From Acidobacteriota bacterium (lineage in GTDB: Bacteria > Acidobacteriota > UBA890 > WLXD01), in assembly GCA_963666215.2 (NCBI GenBank), contig CAXWPL010000004.1, positions 32,001 through 96,000 on the forward strand: a stretch of 64,000 nt of DNA, written 5' to 3'. Each line of letters starts with the position of its first letter. Position 1 is the first letter of the stretch. The notes beneath the pieces were generated by a model. It was not told the DNA's origin and did not search any database. It saw only the letters and a list, made by a program, of their open reading frames with translations. The position numbers and the translations under genes were made by a program. Shown one piece after another: positions 27,382 through 35,629 of the stretch.

Positions 27382-28176
27382 CTAACGAGTCTTCCGTGCG
27401 ATCGCCATGACGTTCTGTCCGAACGGCGGCGCCACCCACGACTCCAGCCGCGAAACCCAAGGGATGACGCATCGATCGTAGAACACGATATCCCGAGGAT
27501 GAATCGTACGCGAACGCACGATCTTGCCTGCCAGGAACCAGCTGGCAACGCCAAGCAGGTTCATGTAGCGGGTGAGCTCGACGGTGAACCCCGCCTCCTG
27601 CAAGAGCTGCGTCAACGTCTGACGAGTATAACGACGAAAGTGCTCGAGCTCAGCATCTAAAGTGCCGTAAAGCCACTGAAGCGCAGGAACGAATATCAGG
27701 AGCGTCCCGCCGCCGCGGAGCGCCTCGATCGCCGCCGCAGCGAACGCGGCATCGTCTTCGATGTGCTCGAGGACGTTCACCAGCACGATCGAGTCCACCG
27801 GTCCGCCGAGATCGGCGTCGCCAAAATAGGCCTGTACGGGTCGTACGCGCCGATCAGACCCGTTTGCCGCCTGATCTGTCCCGCCCGCGGGCGGGCCGGC
27901 ATCACTCGGCGGAAACCGTCGGATGAGGTGATGGAACAGGTTGTCGGCGGGCTCCAGGAGGGTCAATCGATCGATGTTGGGGCCGATCTCGGGTGAAGCG
28001 AGTAGATGACTGGCGAAGGTGCCGATTCCAGCGCCGACCTCGACCACGGAGCCCTTCAGGTACGGGCTGAGATAGCTGAGAATCCAGCGGTAGTAGTTCT
28101 TGGCATCAGCCAGCGCCTCGAGCTCGGAGCCGGAATAGGAGAACCCGGTGCCGTCCTCCACGCGCTGCTCAGCCAT
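27382..28176 (-). CDS. class I SAM-dependent methyltransferase
   Basis: NYYRWI, EVGAGIG, NVLEHIEDD, VPA...D...HFRRY. Confidence 0.88.
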   Translation of the reverse strand: MAEQRVEDGTGFSYSGSELEALADAKNYYRWILSYLSPYLKGSVVEVGAGIGTFASHLLASPEIGPNIDRLTLLEPADNLFHHLIRRFPPSDAGPPAGGTDQAANGSDRRVRPVQAYFGDADLGGPVDSIVLVNVLEHIEDDAAFAAAAIEALRGGGTLLIFVPALQWLYGTLDAELEHFRRYTRQTLTQLLQEAGFTVELTRYMNLLGVASWFLAGKIVRSRTIHPRDIVFYDRCVIPWVSRLESWVAPPFGQNVMAIARKTR

Positions 28177-29506
28177 CCAGATTGACAAATTGCGACGCGG
28201 CCACTTCGCCGTCTGCGACTTCGTAGAGGGTGAACCCGGAGGGGAAGTCGATGCCAGCGCTCCGATCCGGGCTCACGATGGCGGCGCCGTTGTTGAACCG
28301 GATCGGCCTGCCGGCGACGCGAAGCATCATCGTCTCTTCCTTGTGAAAGTGTCCCCCGAGCACCAGCAAGACGCCGTGGCGTGACAGCGCAAGGATCACA
28401 TCGCCAGCGTTGCCGACGACATGACGGAACTGATAGCTGTCGTCAACCCGAACCGCGGTTCGCGTTGACCCCTCGCGGCTGTAACCGAAGAGAGTGTCGG
28501 TCACGCTGATCAAGGGGATATGCATCGCCGGGATCTTCAGGACGGGGTGCGCGGCATCACCAGCGGGCTCGGCTCCGAGAACAGCGTCGAACCAGCGCAT
28601 TTGTGTCTCGTCGACGCCACCGCGGTACCACATGTCGTCGTACACGGCGCTGTCGACGGCGACGATCCGCACCGGCCCAAAACGAGCGCTGTAGTAGCCG
28701 GGACCCAGATGTTCGCGGTACATGCGCTTGCCGTACAACGGGTGATCCTGCGCCACGCCGCTCTGGTCACGCTCGATGCCGAAGATGTCGTGATTGCCGG
28801 GAATCGAGACCACCGGAATCGTCGCTTGCTCCAGAGTCTTTCGGTAGAGTTCGAAGTACCCCTGTGCCACCGACTCCTCAACGCCCAGAGCGTCGCTCAC
28901 CAGGTCGCCGGTCACCACGGCGAAGGCGGCTCCATCGTTGGCCGCGGTCTGTAGAGCGCGAACGAAGCGCCTGATGCTGTCGGGATGGGCGTGGGGGTCG
29001 GACATGTGAGCGAACCGTAGTGACCCCGACACCCCGGAAGGAGGAAGACCGACGTCCCATCGACGCGAACCGTCCGCGGTCGTCGGAAGCTCGTCGACCT
29101 CCGCGTACCAGGACGACTGTTCAGTCTGCAGAAACCGATCGGGCCGCGCGTACGCCGCCGTGCCCTCGACGTAGATCAACCCCGGCGATGCGGCGTCGAG
29201 CTCGAGCACGAATTCGCCGGCGGCGTTGGTTCGCACAACGCCGACCTGGTCCGAGACCAGCGCGTCGGCGACTCCAGGCTCCGACGGCTCTCGAAGTCCG
29301 TTGCCGTTCGCGTCGGCGAAGACGCTGCCGACGACCCGGCGCGCCTGGCCCGGAGGAGTGGCAGAGCCAGCGCCGCCACTGGCACCGCCGGAGCGCCGAC
29401 CAGCCGACGCGCGAGCGACCGACCATGCAAGCGCGACAGCAAGCATCACCGCTACCGCCAGCGCCAGGCGTCGGCGCGCCGAACCCCTCAGCGGACGGAA
29501 CGTCAC
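28169..29506 (-). CDS. secreted calcineurin-like metallophosphoesterase
   Basis: GTG 29506 overlaps the rhodanese TGA; VFADANGNG N-domain, SDPH, TGDLV, GNHD, HIP, GHFH. Confidence 0.88.
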   Translation of the reverse strand: MTFRPLRGSARRRLALAVAVMLAVALAWSVARASAGRRSGGASGGAGSATPPGQARRVVGSVFADANGNGLREPSEPGVADALVSDQVGVVRTNAAGEFVLELDAASPGLIYVEGTAAYARPDRFLQTEQSSWYAEVDELPTTADGSRRWDVGLPPSGVSGSLRFAHMSDPHAHPDSIRRFVRALQTAANDGAAFAVVTGDLVSDALGVEESVAQGYFELYRKTLEQATIPVVSIPGNHDIFGIERDQSGVAQDHPLYGKRMYREHLGPGYYSARFGPVRIVAVDSAVYDDMWYRGGVDETQMRWFDAVLGAEPAGDAAHPVLKIPAMHIPLISVTDTLFGYSREGSTRTAVRVDDSYQFRHVVGNAGDVILALSRHGVLLVLGGHFHKEETMMLRVAGRPIRFNNGAAIVSPDRSAGIDFPSGFTLYEVADGEVAASQFVNLDG

Positions 29507-29955
29507 GGGTCGAGCCCCGCAGCGCGGCGCAGAGCGGCGTAGCCTCGTTCCCCACCATCGCCGGGTTCGACCGGCAGCCCGCATGCCTCCCATCCGGGCT
29601 CGAGCAGCTGCCCCATTGCGTCGTGCTTGCCCGAGAAACCGGTATCGAAGTTGGTGACGTTGGTGAAGCCGTGTTGCGACAGGATCATGGCGCCGGCGAG
29701 CGAACGCTGACCCGAGGCGCAGCCGCAATGAATCTCGACCTCGCGACCGATCGTCGCCTGGACGACGTCGACGAAATCGGTGTTGGGCACCATCTGCCCG
29801 CTGCCGGGATCGAGCTGGTAGATCGGCACGTTGTAGGCCCCCGGGGCGTGAGCGCGATCGAACTCTTCGATTGTCCGTACGTCGAGATAAACGGCATCTT
29901 TTTCGGCCTCCAGCCGTGCCGCGACCTCCGGCGGCGACATACCCGGCATCCCCAT
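29503..29955 (-). CDS. rhodanese-like domain protein
   Basis: YLDVRT..EF..AH.PGAYNVP, CASGQRS. Confidence 0.9.
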   Translation of the reverse strand: MGMPGMSPPEVAARLEAEKDAVYLDVRTIEEFDRAHAPGAYNVPIYQLDPGSGQMVPNTDFVDVVQATIGREVEIHCGCASGQRSLAGAMILSQHGFTNVTNFDTGFSGKHDAMGQLLEPGWEACGLPVEPGDGGERGYAALRRAAGLDP

Positions 29956-30209
29956 CGATCGATTCTCCTGGCAGAGTTTCCTGGCGACGTCTCGGGCGTG
30001 CCCGACGGCGCCTGGCAGCTGGCTCGTTGGCTGTCGCTAGGGTACTGGCCCATCCCGCCAACCGTCGTCGCCAGACGCGGCCCAGACTCGGCCGCGGCTC
30101 TGCAGACTGAACGGGCTCGGTCGACTCGAGGACGCGCAGCTATAATCACTCACCAGGACACCAACCATGAGCGACGATCCCCAGCGTATCCGCGCATCTT
30201 GGGCCTCGA

Positions 30210-31598
30210 TTGATTGAACTCGCCCCCGTAGGACGAGCCACGGCGCTGTTGGCCGCTGCCGCGATGGCTTCGGGCTCGCTTTCCATGGTCCCCGCCGCGT
30301 CGGCAGCGGCGCAGAACCCCGCCTCGGCTGCGCCTGACACCCTCGCGTCGAACGCCAACACGGCGGCCGACATTCCCGCTGCGCTACGGCGGGTCCTACA
30401 ACATCCGTCGCTGCGCGGCGCTCGCGTGGGCTTGCTGGTCACCGACGCGGAAACCGGCGTGCCGTTGCTGCGCCAACGCGCCGACGAGCTCTTTGCTCCG
30501 GCGTCGGTTGCCAAGCTGTTTACCACCGCCACCGCGCTCTGGAAGCTCGGACCGCACTTCGTCTGGCGCACACCCCTCGCCTACAGTGGCACGCTCGTCG
30601 GCGGGGCTCTCGAGGGCGACCTGTGGGCCCTCGGCCGCGGAGCCCCCGATCTCGTCGAGGAAAAGCTCTGGGTCACAGCGCAGGGACTGCGCGAGCTCGG
30701 CATCGAAAGAATCTCCGGCGATCTCGTGGTTGACGACAGGTACTTCGATGCCGAGCGCTACGGACAGGGCTGGCCGGGCGGCATCCAGGTTCGCGAGGCG
30801 TACCACGCGCCCATCAGCGGACTCATGGTCAACTTCGCCGCCCGCCGCGGTGCCAATGGCTGGGAATCGGTCGACGATCCGGCTCGGCACTTCGGTGAAC
30901 GCCTCCACGACCTGCTCAACCTCGCGGGCGTGATTGTCGAAGGGATCGTGCGCGAGCCCACCGACGAAGAGAAGGTTCGCATCGCAGCACCCGAGCTCAC
31001 CGGTACCAACCTGGGCTCGGCGTCGGTCCCCGTCGGCCTCACACATCTGTACACGATTGCCTCCGAGCCCCTCGGCCGCGTGGTGATGGACGTCAACAAG
31101 TTCAGCAACAACGTCATGGCCGAATCGCTCCTCAAAGCACTCGGCGCCACCGAGCACGGTGCCCCCGGCACGGTCGACAAGGGCCTCTCCGTGGTCAATC
31201 AGTTCACCAGCGAGGTGCTCGGCTTCGACCCCACCTCGTACACCCAGGCCGATGGCTCCGGCCTTTCGCGCCTGGCACGCTTCTCACCAGGGCAGATTTC
31301 AGCTCTGCTGAGCCACGCGTACCACGACTTCCACGTGGGCCCCGAGCTCGTCGCATCGATGAAGATCGGCGGCCTCGACGGCTGGAATCCCGCTGGCTTC
31401 AAGCGCGAGCCCATCGTCGGCGAGCTGCGGCTCAAGACCGGACACATCAACGGCGTCAATACGCTGGCCGGCTACCTGCACACCGACGGCGACCGCGTGA
31501 TCACCCTCGTCGCCATGATCAACGACCATCGCGTGGGCCAGTGGGAAATCGATCAACGTATGGCCGAGATCGTCGCTTTTCTGCTCGAAAACTACTGA
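30210..31598 (+). CDS. dacB: D-Ala-D-Ala carboxypeptidase/endopeptidase (S13, PBP4)
   Basis: PASVAK (SxxK), SNN, DGSGLSR, KTG. Confidence 0.9.
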   Translation: MIELAPVGRATALLAAAAMASGSLSMVPAASAAAQNPASAAPDTLASNANTAADIPAALRRVLQHPSLRGARVGLLVTDAETGVPLLRQRADELFAPASVAKLFTTATALWKLGPHFVWRTPLAYSGTLVGGALEGDLWALGRGAPDLVEEKLWVTAQGLRELGIERISGDLVVDDRYFDAERYGQGWPGGIQVREAYHAPISGLMVNFAARRGANGWESVDDPARHFGERLHDLLNLAGVIVEGIVREPTDEEKVRIAAPELTGTNLGSASVPVGLTHLYTIASEPLGRVVMDVNKFSNNVMAESLLKALGATEHGAPGTVDKGLSVVNQFTSEVLGFDPTSYTQADGSGLSRLARFSPGQISALLSHAYHDFHVGPELVASMKIGGLDGWNPAGFKREPIVGELRLKTGHINGVNTLAGYLHTDGDRVITLVAMINDHRVGQWEIDQRMAEIVAFLLENY

Positions 31599-32209
31599 TG
31601 CCCGCGCAGGTCGACGTTCCTGACTACCCCGTGGCTTCGCAGGTTACCGTCGACCCTGCGACCACCGCGCTGCTGATTGTCGACATGCAGAACGACTTCG
31701 TCCGCGACAACGGCAAGCTCCAGGTGCCGACAGCCGCGGCCACGATCCCCACGATCGCACGTCTTCGTGACTTCGCACGCCGCCATGACATGGCGGTCTA
31801 CTACACCCAGGACTCGCACGAGCGGGGCGACCCGGAGTTCGCCCTCTGGGGTGAGCACGTCCTGATTGGTAGCGACGGCTGGAAGATCATCGACGAGCTG
31901 TCACCAGACAGCGGCGACAAGGTCTTTCAAAAAACCCGCTACGACGGCTTCTTCCAAACCAAGCTCGAAGAGACCCTGCAGGCGGCCGGCATCGACACGC
32001 TCATCATCTGCGGCACGGTGGCCAACATCTGCGTCCAGTACACCGCGGCGTCGGCCGCGATCCGCTGGTACAAAGTCGTCCTCCCCATCGACTGCACGTC
32101 GGCGCTGAACGAATTCGACATGCAGGCGGCAATCCGTAGCATCGCGTTTCTGTTCGGCGGGGTGATCACCACGGGTGGGGCGATTCGGGTAGCCGACTCG
32201 GGGGATTGA
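31598..32209 (+). CDS. isochorismatase-family cysteine hydrolase
   Basis: ATG overlaps dacB TGA; IVDMQNDF, KTRYDGF, GTVANICV. Confidence 0.92.
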   Translation: MPAQVDVPDYPVASQVTVDPATTALLIVDMQNDFVRDNGKLQVPTAAATIPTIARLRDFARRHDMAVYYTQDSHERGDPEFALWGEHVLIGSDGWKIIDELSPDSGDKVFQKTRYDGFFQTKLEETLQAAGIDTLIICGTVANICVQYTAASAAIRWYKVVLPIDCTSALNEFDMQAAIRSIAFLFGGVITTGGAIRVADSGD

Positions 32210-32250
32210 CGAAGCTCGATCTGTGGGCTCCTTTTCGAGGACTTACACCC

Positions 32251-32276
32251 GCGCGGGGAGGAGACACGGTTCTCCC
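32251..32276. repeat. REP-like hairpin, copy 1
   Basis: GCGCGGGGAGGAGACACGG (19 bp, identical to 55133-55151) followed by TTCTCCC. Confidence 0.6.
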
Positions 32277-32277
32277 G

Positions 32278-32376
32278 GAGGAGGGTGGCCGGGGGGAGGT
32301 CGCGCGCGAGCAAGCTAGGCGCTGTCAGGTCGCGAACGTAGGCGAGCAGCGCGACCACCCCCCAGCCACCCCCCTC
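32278..32376 (-). repeat. long imperfect inverted repeat (28 bp arms) between convergent genes
   Basis: 32278-32305 pairs with 32349-32376 with 3 mismatches, two of which become G-U pairs on the minus strand. Confidence 0.75.
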
Positions 32377-32442
32377 AGCGGACGACATCTGTCGCCGCCT
32401 CCGCCGCCACACCCCTCGACACCCACGCTCTTCCTACCGTCC

Positions 32443-32682
32443 CTAACCGAGACTCCGGTGCGTCCCATCACAAAACGGCGCCCCCCGAGTCCGCTTGCAC
32501 TGGCAAAGCGCCACCGTACGAGTCTCTTCGATAACGAACTTCTCGGGAACGAACTCCGTGCCTCGATGGCTGCCGTCGCAGAACGGGTGCTTTTCGGAGA
32601 GTCCACAACGGCACCAGGCATGCCGCCCGGGCTCGAGCTCGACGATGGCGGGACGCGTGTCGATGATCGGAGGGTCGCTCAT
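32443..32682 (-). CDS. CDGSH iron-sulfur protein (two motifs, MiNT/CISD3-like)
   Basis: WCRCGLSEKHPFCDGSH and LCQCKRTRGAPFCDGTH. Confidence 0.95.
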   Translation of the reverse strand: MSDPPIIDTRPAIVELEPGRHAWCRCGLSEKHPFCDGSHRGTEFVPEKFVIEETRTVALCQCKRTRGAPFCDGTHRSLG

Positions 32683-32765
32683 GGCCTCTCTCCTGGCTCG
32701 GTGGAGGCGCGCTTGCGCCGTCGATAACAGTCTGCCGGACCTCGTCTTGTCGTCGGCAGCCACGC

Positions 32766-33764
32766 TCAGATGAACATGCGGGCGCGATCGGTGATCGCGG
32801 CACGGACGTTGTCGAGCGCGCGATGCGCGGCCGCCTCGCCTGCCGCAATCGCCTCGTGCGGTTGCGAATAGTCGCTCCAGTGGCGAGCCCGGCCGCGGGC
32901 GCTAATGATGACATCGGCGCGGCGCAGCTGTTCCCTCTCGAGCGCCAGTAGGCTGATCTCGCTCGAGCGCATGGCGATCTCGACGCCGTTGTCGAGCGCA
33001 CCGCAATCGATGCGGGTCATGCTGACGTCGACTGCGATCACGACGTTGGCACCGAGCGTTTGTGTTGCGTCGATGGGAACGGGGCTCGTGTAGCCGCCAT
33101 CGACCAACTTGCGCCCGCCCATCACAACGGGCGGGAAAACGCCGGCGACGGCCGAGGACGCGGCAACGGCGTGGGCGAGCGGTCCGCGGGTGATGATGGC
33201 CTCGCATCCGCGCTCGAGGTCCACCGCAACGGCGGCGAAAGGAATGCGCACGTCGTCGAAGGTGCGCTCCTCGAAGAGGCCACGGAATACCTGCAGCACG
33301 CGCTCTCCCTTCAGAACCGACTCGCGCGAAAGCGCCGCGTGCGAGGCGTAAAGACGTCGGAACATCGATTGAGCCCGCGCCAGCAGGCCCTGTTGTGCTC
33401 CGGCCCGCTGGGACGCCTCCGACCCGGAGGCCTGCGAAAGATCCAGCGGGTCGTCCTCGACCGAGGCCCTCCCCATCGCCTGCAGCACGCGCTGCAGGTT
33501 GAGCTCTCCCATCTCGGGCGACTCGAGCATCTCGAGCACACGGCGCTCGACCTCGCCGGCGTCCACCAGGGCGGCGTACAAGCCACCGACAACCGCGCCA
33601 ACGCTGGTACCGGCGATCAGATGGATGGGTACCCGCTCGCGCTCCAGCACCTTGAGCACGCCAATCTGCGCCAGTCCGCGACCACCACCCCCCGAAAGGG
33701 CCAACCCCACGCGAACATGAGGCGAGATCTCGCCCGCGGGCGACGCCGGCTCTGTGAGTTTCAT
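32766..33764 (-). CDS. patatin-like phospholipase (RssA-like)
   Basis: LSGGGGRG, GTSVG, VDGG; ATG overlaps nrfD TGA. Confidence 0.9.
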   Translation of the reverse strand: MKLTEPASPAGEISPHVRVGLALSGGGGRGLAQIGVLKVLERERVPIHLIAGTSVGAVVGGLYAALVDAGEVERRVLEMLESPEMGELNLQRVLQAMGRASVEDDPLDLSQASGSEASQRAGAQQGLLARAQSMFRRLYASHAALSRESVLKGERVLQVFRGLFEERTFDDVRIPFAAVAVDLERGCEAIITRGPLAHAVAASSAVAGVFPPVVMGGRKLVDGGYTSPVPIDATQTLGANVVIAVDVSMTRIDCGALDNGVEIAMRSSEISLLALEREQLRRADVIISARGRARHWSDYSQPHEAIAAGEAAAHRALDNVRAAITDRARMFI

Positions 33765-34801
33765 GATCGTTTCTCCCAGACGCGCTGCCACTCGAAAGTG
33801 GCCCGCGGATCTTTCGCCGACTCGCGGCCCGCAGCTACCCAGGCGAAGCGCGAAAGCACGGATCCCGTGACGAAGAAAACCGCCGCGGCCAACCGAAGTA
33901 TCGGCGGCTGCCCGACCGCGCGAAGCGCCAGCGCGAGCGGCCCGGTGAGCACGCCCGCAACTCGGATCTGCAACCCCGAGGAGCCGTCGCGCAGAGGCTT
34001 GGTCCAGGCGTGCGTATGCATCTCCATCCACAGCAGCAGCAGCGTCTCGGCAAACGCCACCAACAGTCCAACTCGATTCAACGCGAGATCATGGTACCCG
34101 AGCAACTCGAGCACGGCCGCGGCGGAACCGGGGCTGGACAGGCCAAAATGGACCGGCAGCAGGGCACGGTGCGAGGCCCACACGGGTATCACGGTGGCCG
34201 CCAGCAGCACGCCGGTGTAGGTGGCCAGCATCAATCCAGCCAGGCCAGAACCGGCGATCACGAGTCGGTCGAGACGTCCCACCCATTCCGCGTCCGCCGC
34301 ATCGGCCATACCCCCAAGCAGCACCGCGACGCCAACCAGCGCGCCGAATACGGTGAGCAACCAGGCGCCGATCGACATCGGCGAGCTCAACTTGACGATG
34401 CGCAGCATGTAGAGAAATCGCGATGGTCGACCGAGGTCAGAAACCAGCAGCGCGCCAGAGAGCACCGCGCCCACCAGTGCCACGACTCGCGCCGTCCATC
34501 CGATTCCGATTCCGACTCCGATCGACGAGGTGACCGACCCTTCAACCGACGTGCTGGAGGTCCAGGCAACCGCCGCCGCGATCGCCGCCGCCATGCCTGC
34601 GATACCACCCACGGCAAAGTAAGTAGGCACTTCCCAGGTCCAGACCGGCGCCTTGACGACCGGCTGGCCGTAGTAGCCGTCCGTCACGCTCGGCCGCGAC
34701 TCCGGCGGTGTGTGCGATTCGCCCGAGCCCTCCGAAGCCTGCCGACGGAGCTCGAGCAGGCGTGCCTCGCTGGCGGCGTCGGGTTTGCGCTCTCGGCTCA
34801 T
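33761..34801 (-). CDS. NrfD/PsrC-family membrane anchor
   Basis: YYGQPVVKAPVWTWEVPTYF..GG, DLGRP.RF..M, SPMSIGAW, YTGVLL..T.IPVW. Confidence 0.9.
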   Translation of the reverse strand: MSRERKPDAASEARLLELRRQASEGSGESHTPPESRPSVTDGYYGQPVVKAPVWTWEVPTYFAVGGIAGMAAAIAAAVAWTSSTSVEGSVTSSIGVGIGIGWTARVVALVGAVLSGALLVSDLGRPSRFLYMLRIVKLSSPMSIGAWLLTVFGALVGVAVLLGGMADAADAEWVGRLDRLVIAGSGLAGLMLATYTGVLLAATVIPVWASHRALLPVHFGLSSPGSAAAVLELLGYHDLALNRVGLLVAFAETLLLLWMEMHTHAWTKPLRDGSSGLQIRVAGVLTGPLALALRAVGQPPILRLAAAVFFVTGSVLSRFAWVAAGRESAKDPRATFEWQRVWEKRS

Positions 34802-34810
34802 TCGCCCCCC

Positions 34811-35629
34811 CTAGCCGACGGCGAAGGCACCGAGGAGCACAATCCCCAGGGCCGCTGCGGTCAGTAGCGCCGAAGTCCAGGCGACTTTCAGATGCATGCT
34901 CGGCACAATCGGGTTGGGCGGCAGCCCAAAGGGCTCAGGCCGGTCGACGAGCAACGAGAAGGCGTTGGTGTGTCCGACGCTCGTTCCCTCGCCGGTCTCC
35001 AAGCGAGCCTCCGGCACGCCTCGGGCATGGAGCAGCTCCACGCGACGGTCGGCTTGCTCGCGCAGCACGTCGTAGGGTCCGAAGCGGATCGCGTCGGTAG
35101 GACAGGCCTTGGCGCAGGCGGGGATCTCGCCGACAACCTGACGGTCGTAGCAGAAGGTGCACTTGAAGGCTCGGCCATCGTCTGGACGCCGATCGATCAC
35201 GCCAAACGGGCAGCCAACCACGCAGTAGCCGCAGCCGTTGCACACGTCGGGCTGCACGAAGACGGTGTTGAACTCGGTGCGCACAATCGCCCCGGTGGGA
35301 CACAGCTCCATGCAGCCGGCGTGCTCGCAGTGCTTGCACACGTCCGAAAGGAACACCCAGCGGAACGGGTGCTCCGGATCGGTCAGCTGACCGCCGAGCG
35401 GTTGGTTCTGCTCGACGAACTTCACGTGCCGATAGCTGGAGTGGCCGAGCCCCTGGCCGTGGTCGTAGGAGCGTCCGCGCCAACGCATGTTGATCTCGTT
35501 GGTCGCGGGGATCAGGTTCCACTCCTTGCATGCCACCTCACAGGCTTTGCAGCCGATGCAGGTGGTGACGTCGGTGAAGAAGGCACTCGTCCTGCCAGGC
35601 TCGGGCAGTAGCTGGCCGTCGATGCTCAT
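34811..35629 (-). CDS. formate dehydrogenase Fe-S (beta) subunit with C-terminal TM
   Basis: CIGCKACEVACKEWN, CKHCEHAGC..CP, CNGCGYC..CP, KCTFC..PACAKACP. Confidence 0.93.
   Translation of the reverse strand: MSIDGQLLPEPGRTSAFFTDVTTCIGCKACEVACKEWNLIPATNEINMRWRGRSYDHGQGLGHSSYRHVKFVEQNQPLGGQLTDPEHPFRWVFLSDVCKHCEHAGCMELCPTGAIVRTEFNTVFVQPDVCNGCGYCVVGCPFGVIDRRPDDGRAFKCTFCYDRQVVGEIPACAKACPTDAIRFGPYDVLREQADRRVELLHARGVPEARLETGEGTSVGHTNAFSLLVDRPEPFGLPPNPIVPSMHLKVAWTSALLTAAALGIVLLGAFAVG

Noticed and set aside
29507-30061. N-terminal extension of the 630-aa ORF
   Set aside because: Overlaps the rhodanese gene in another frame; GTG 29506 is the likely start
32319-32352. SRP RNA (TCAGG...AGCAG resemblance)
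   Set aside because: No GNRA tetraloop with correct spacing, and the motif is asymmetric within the stem
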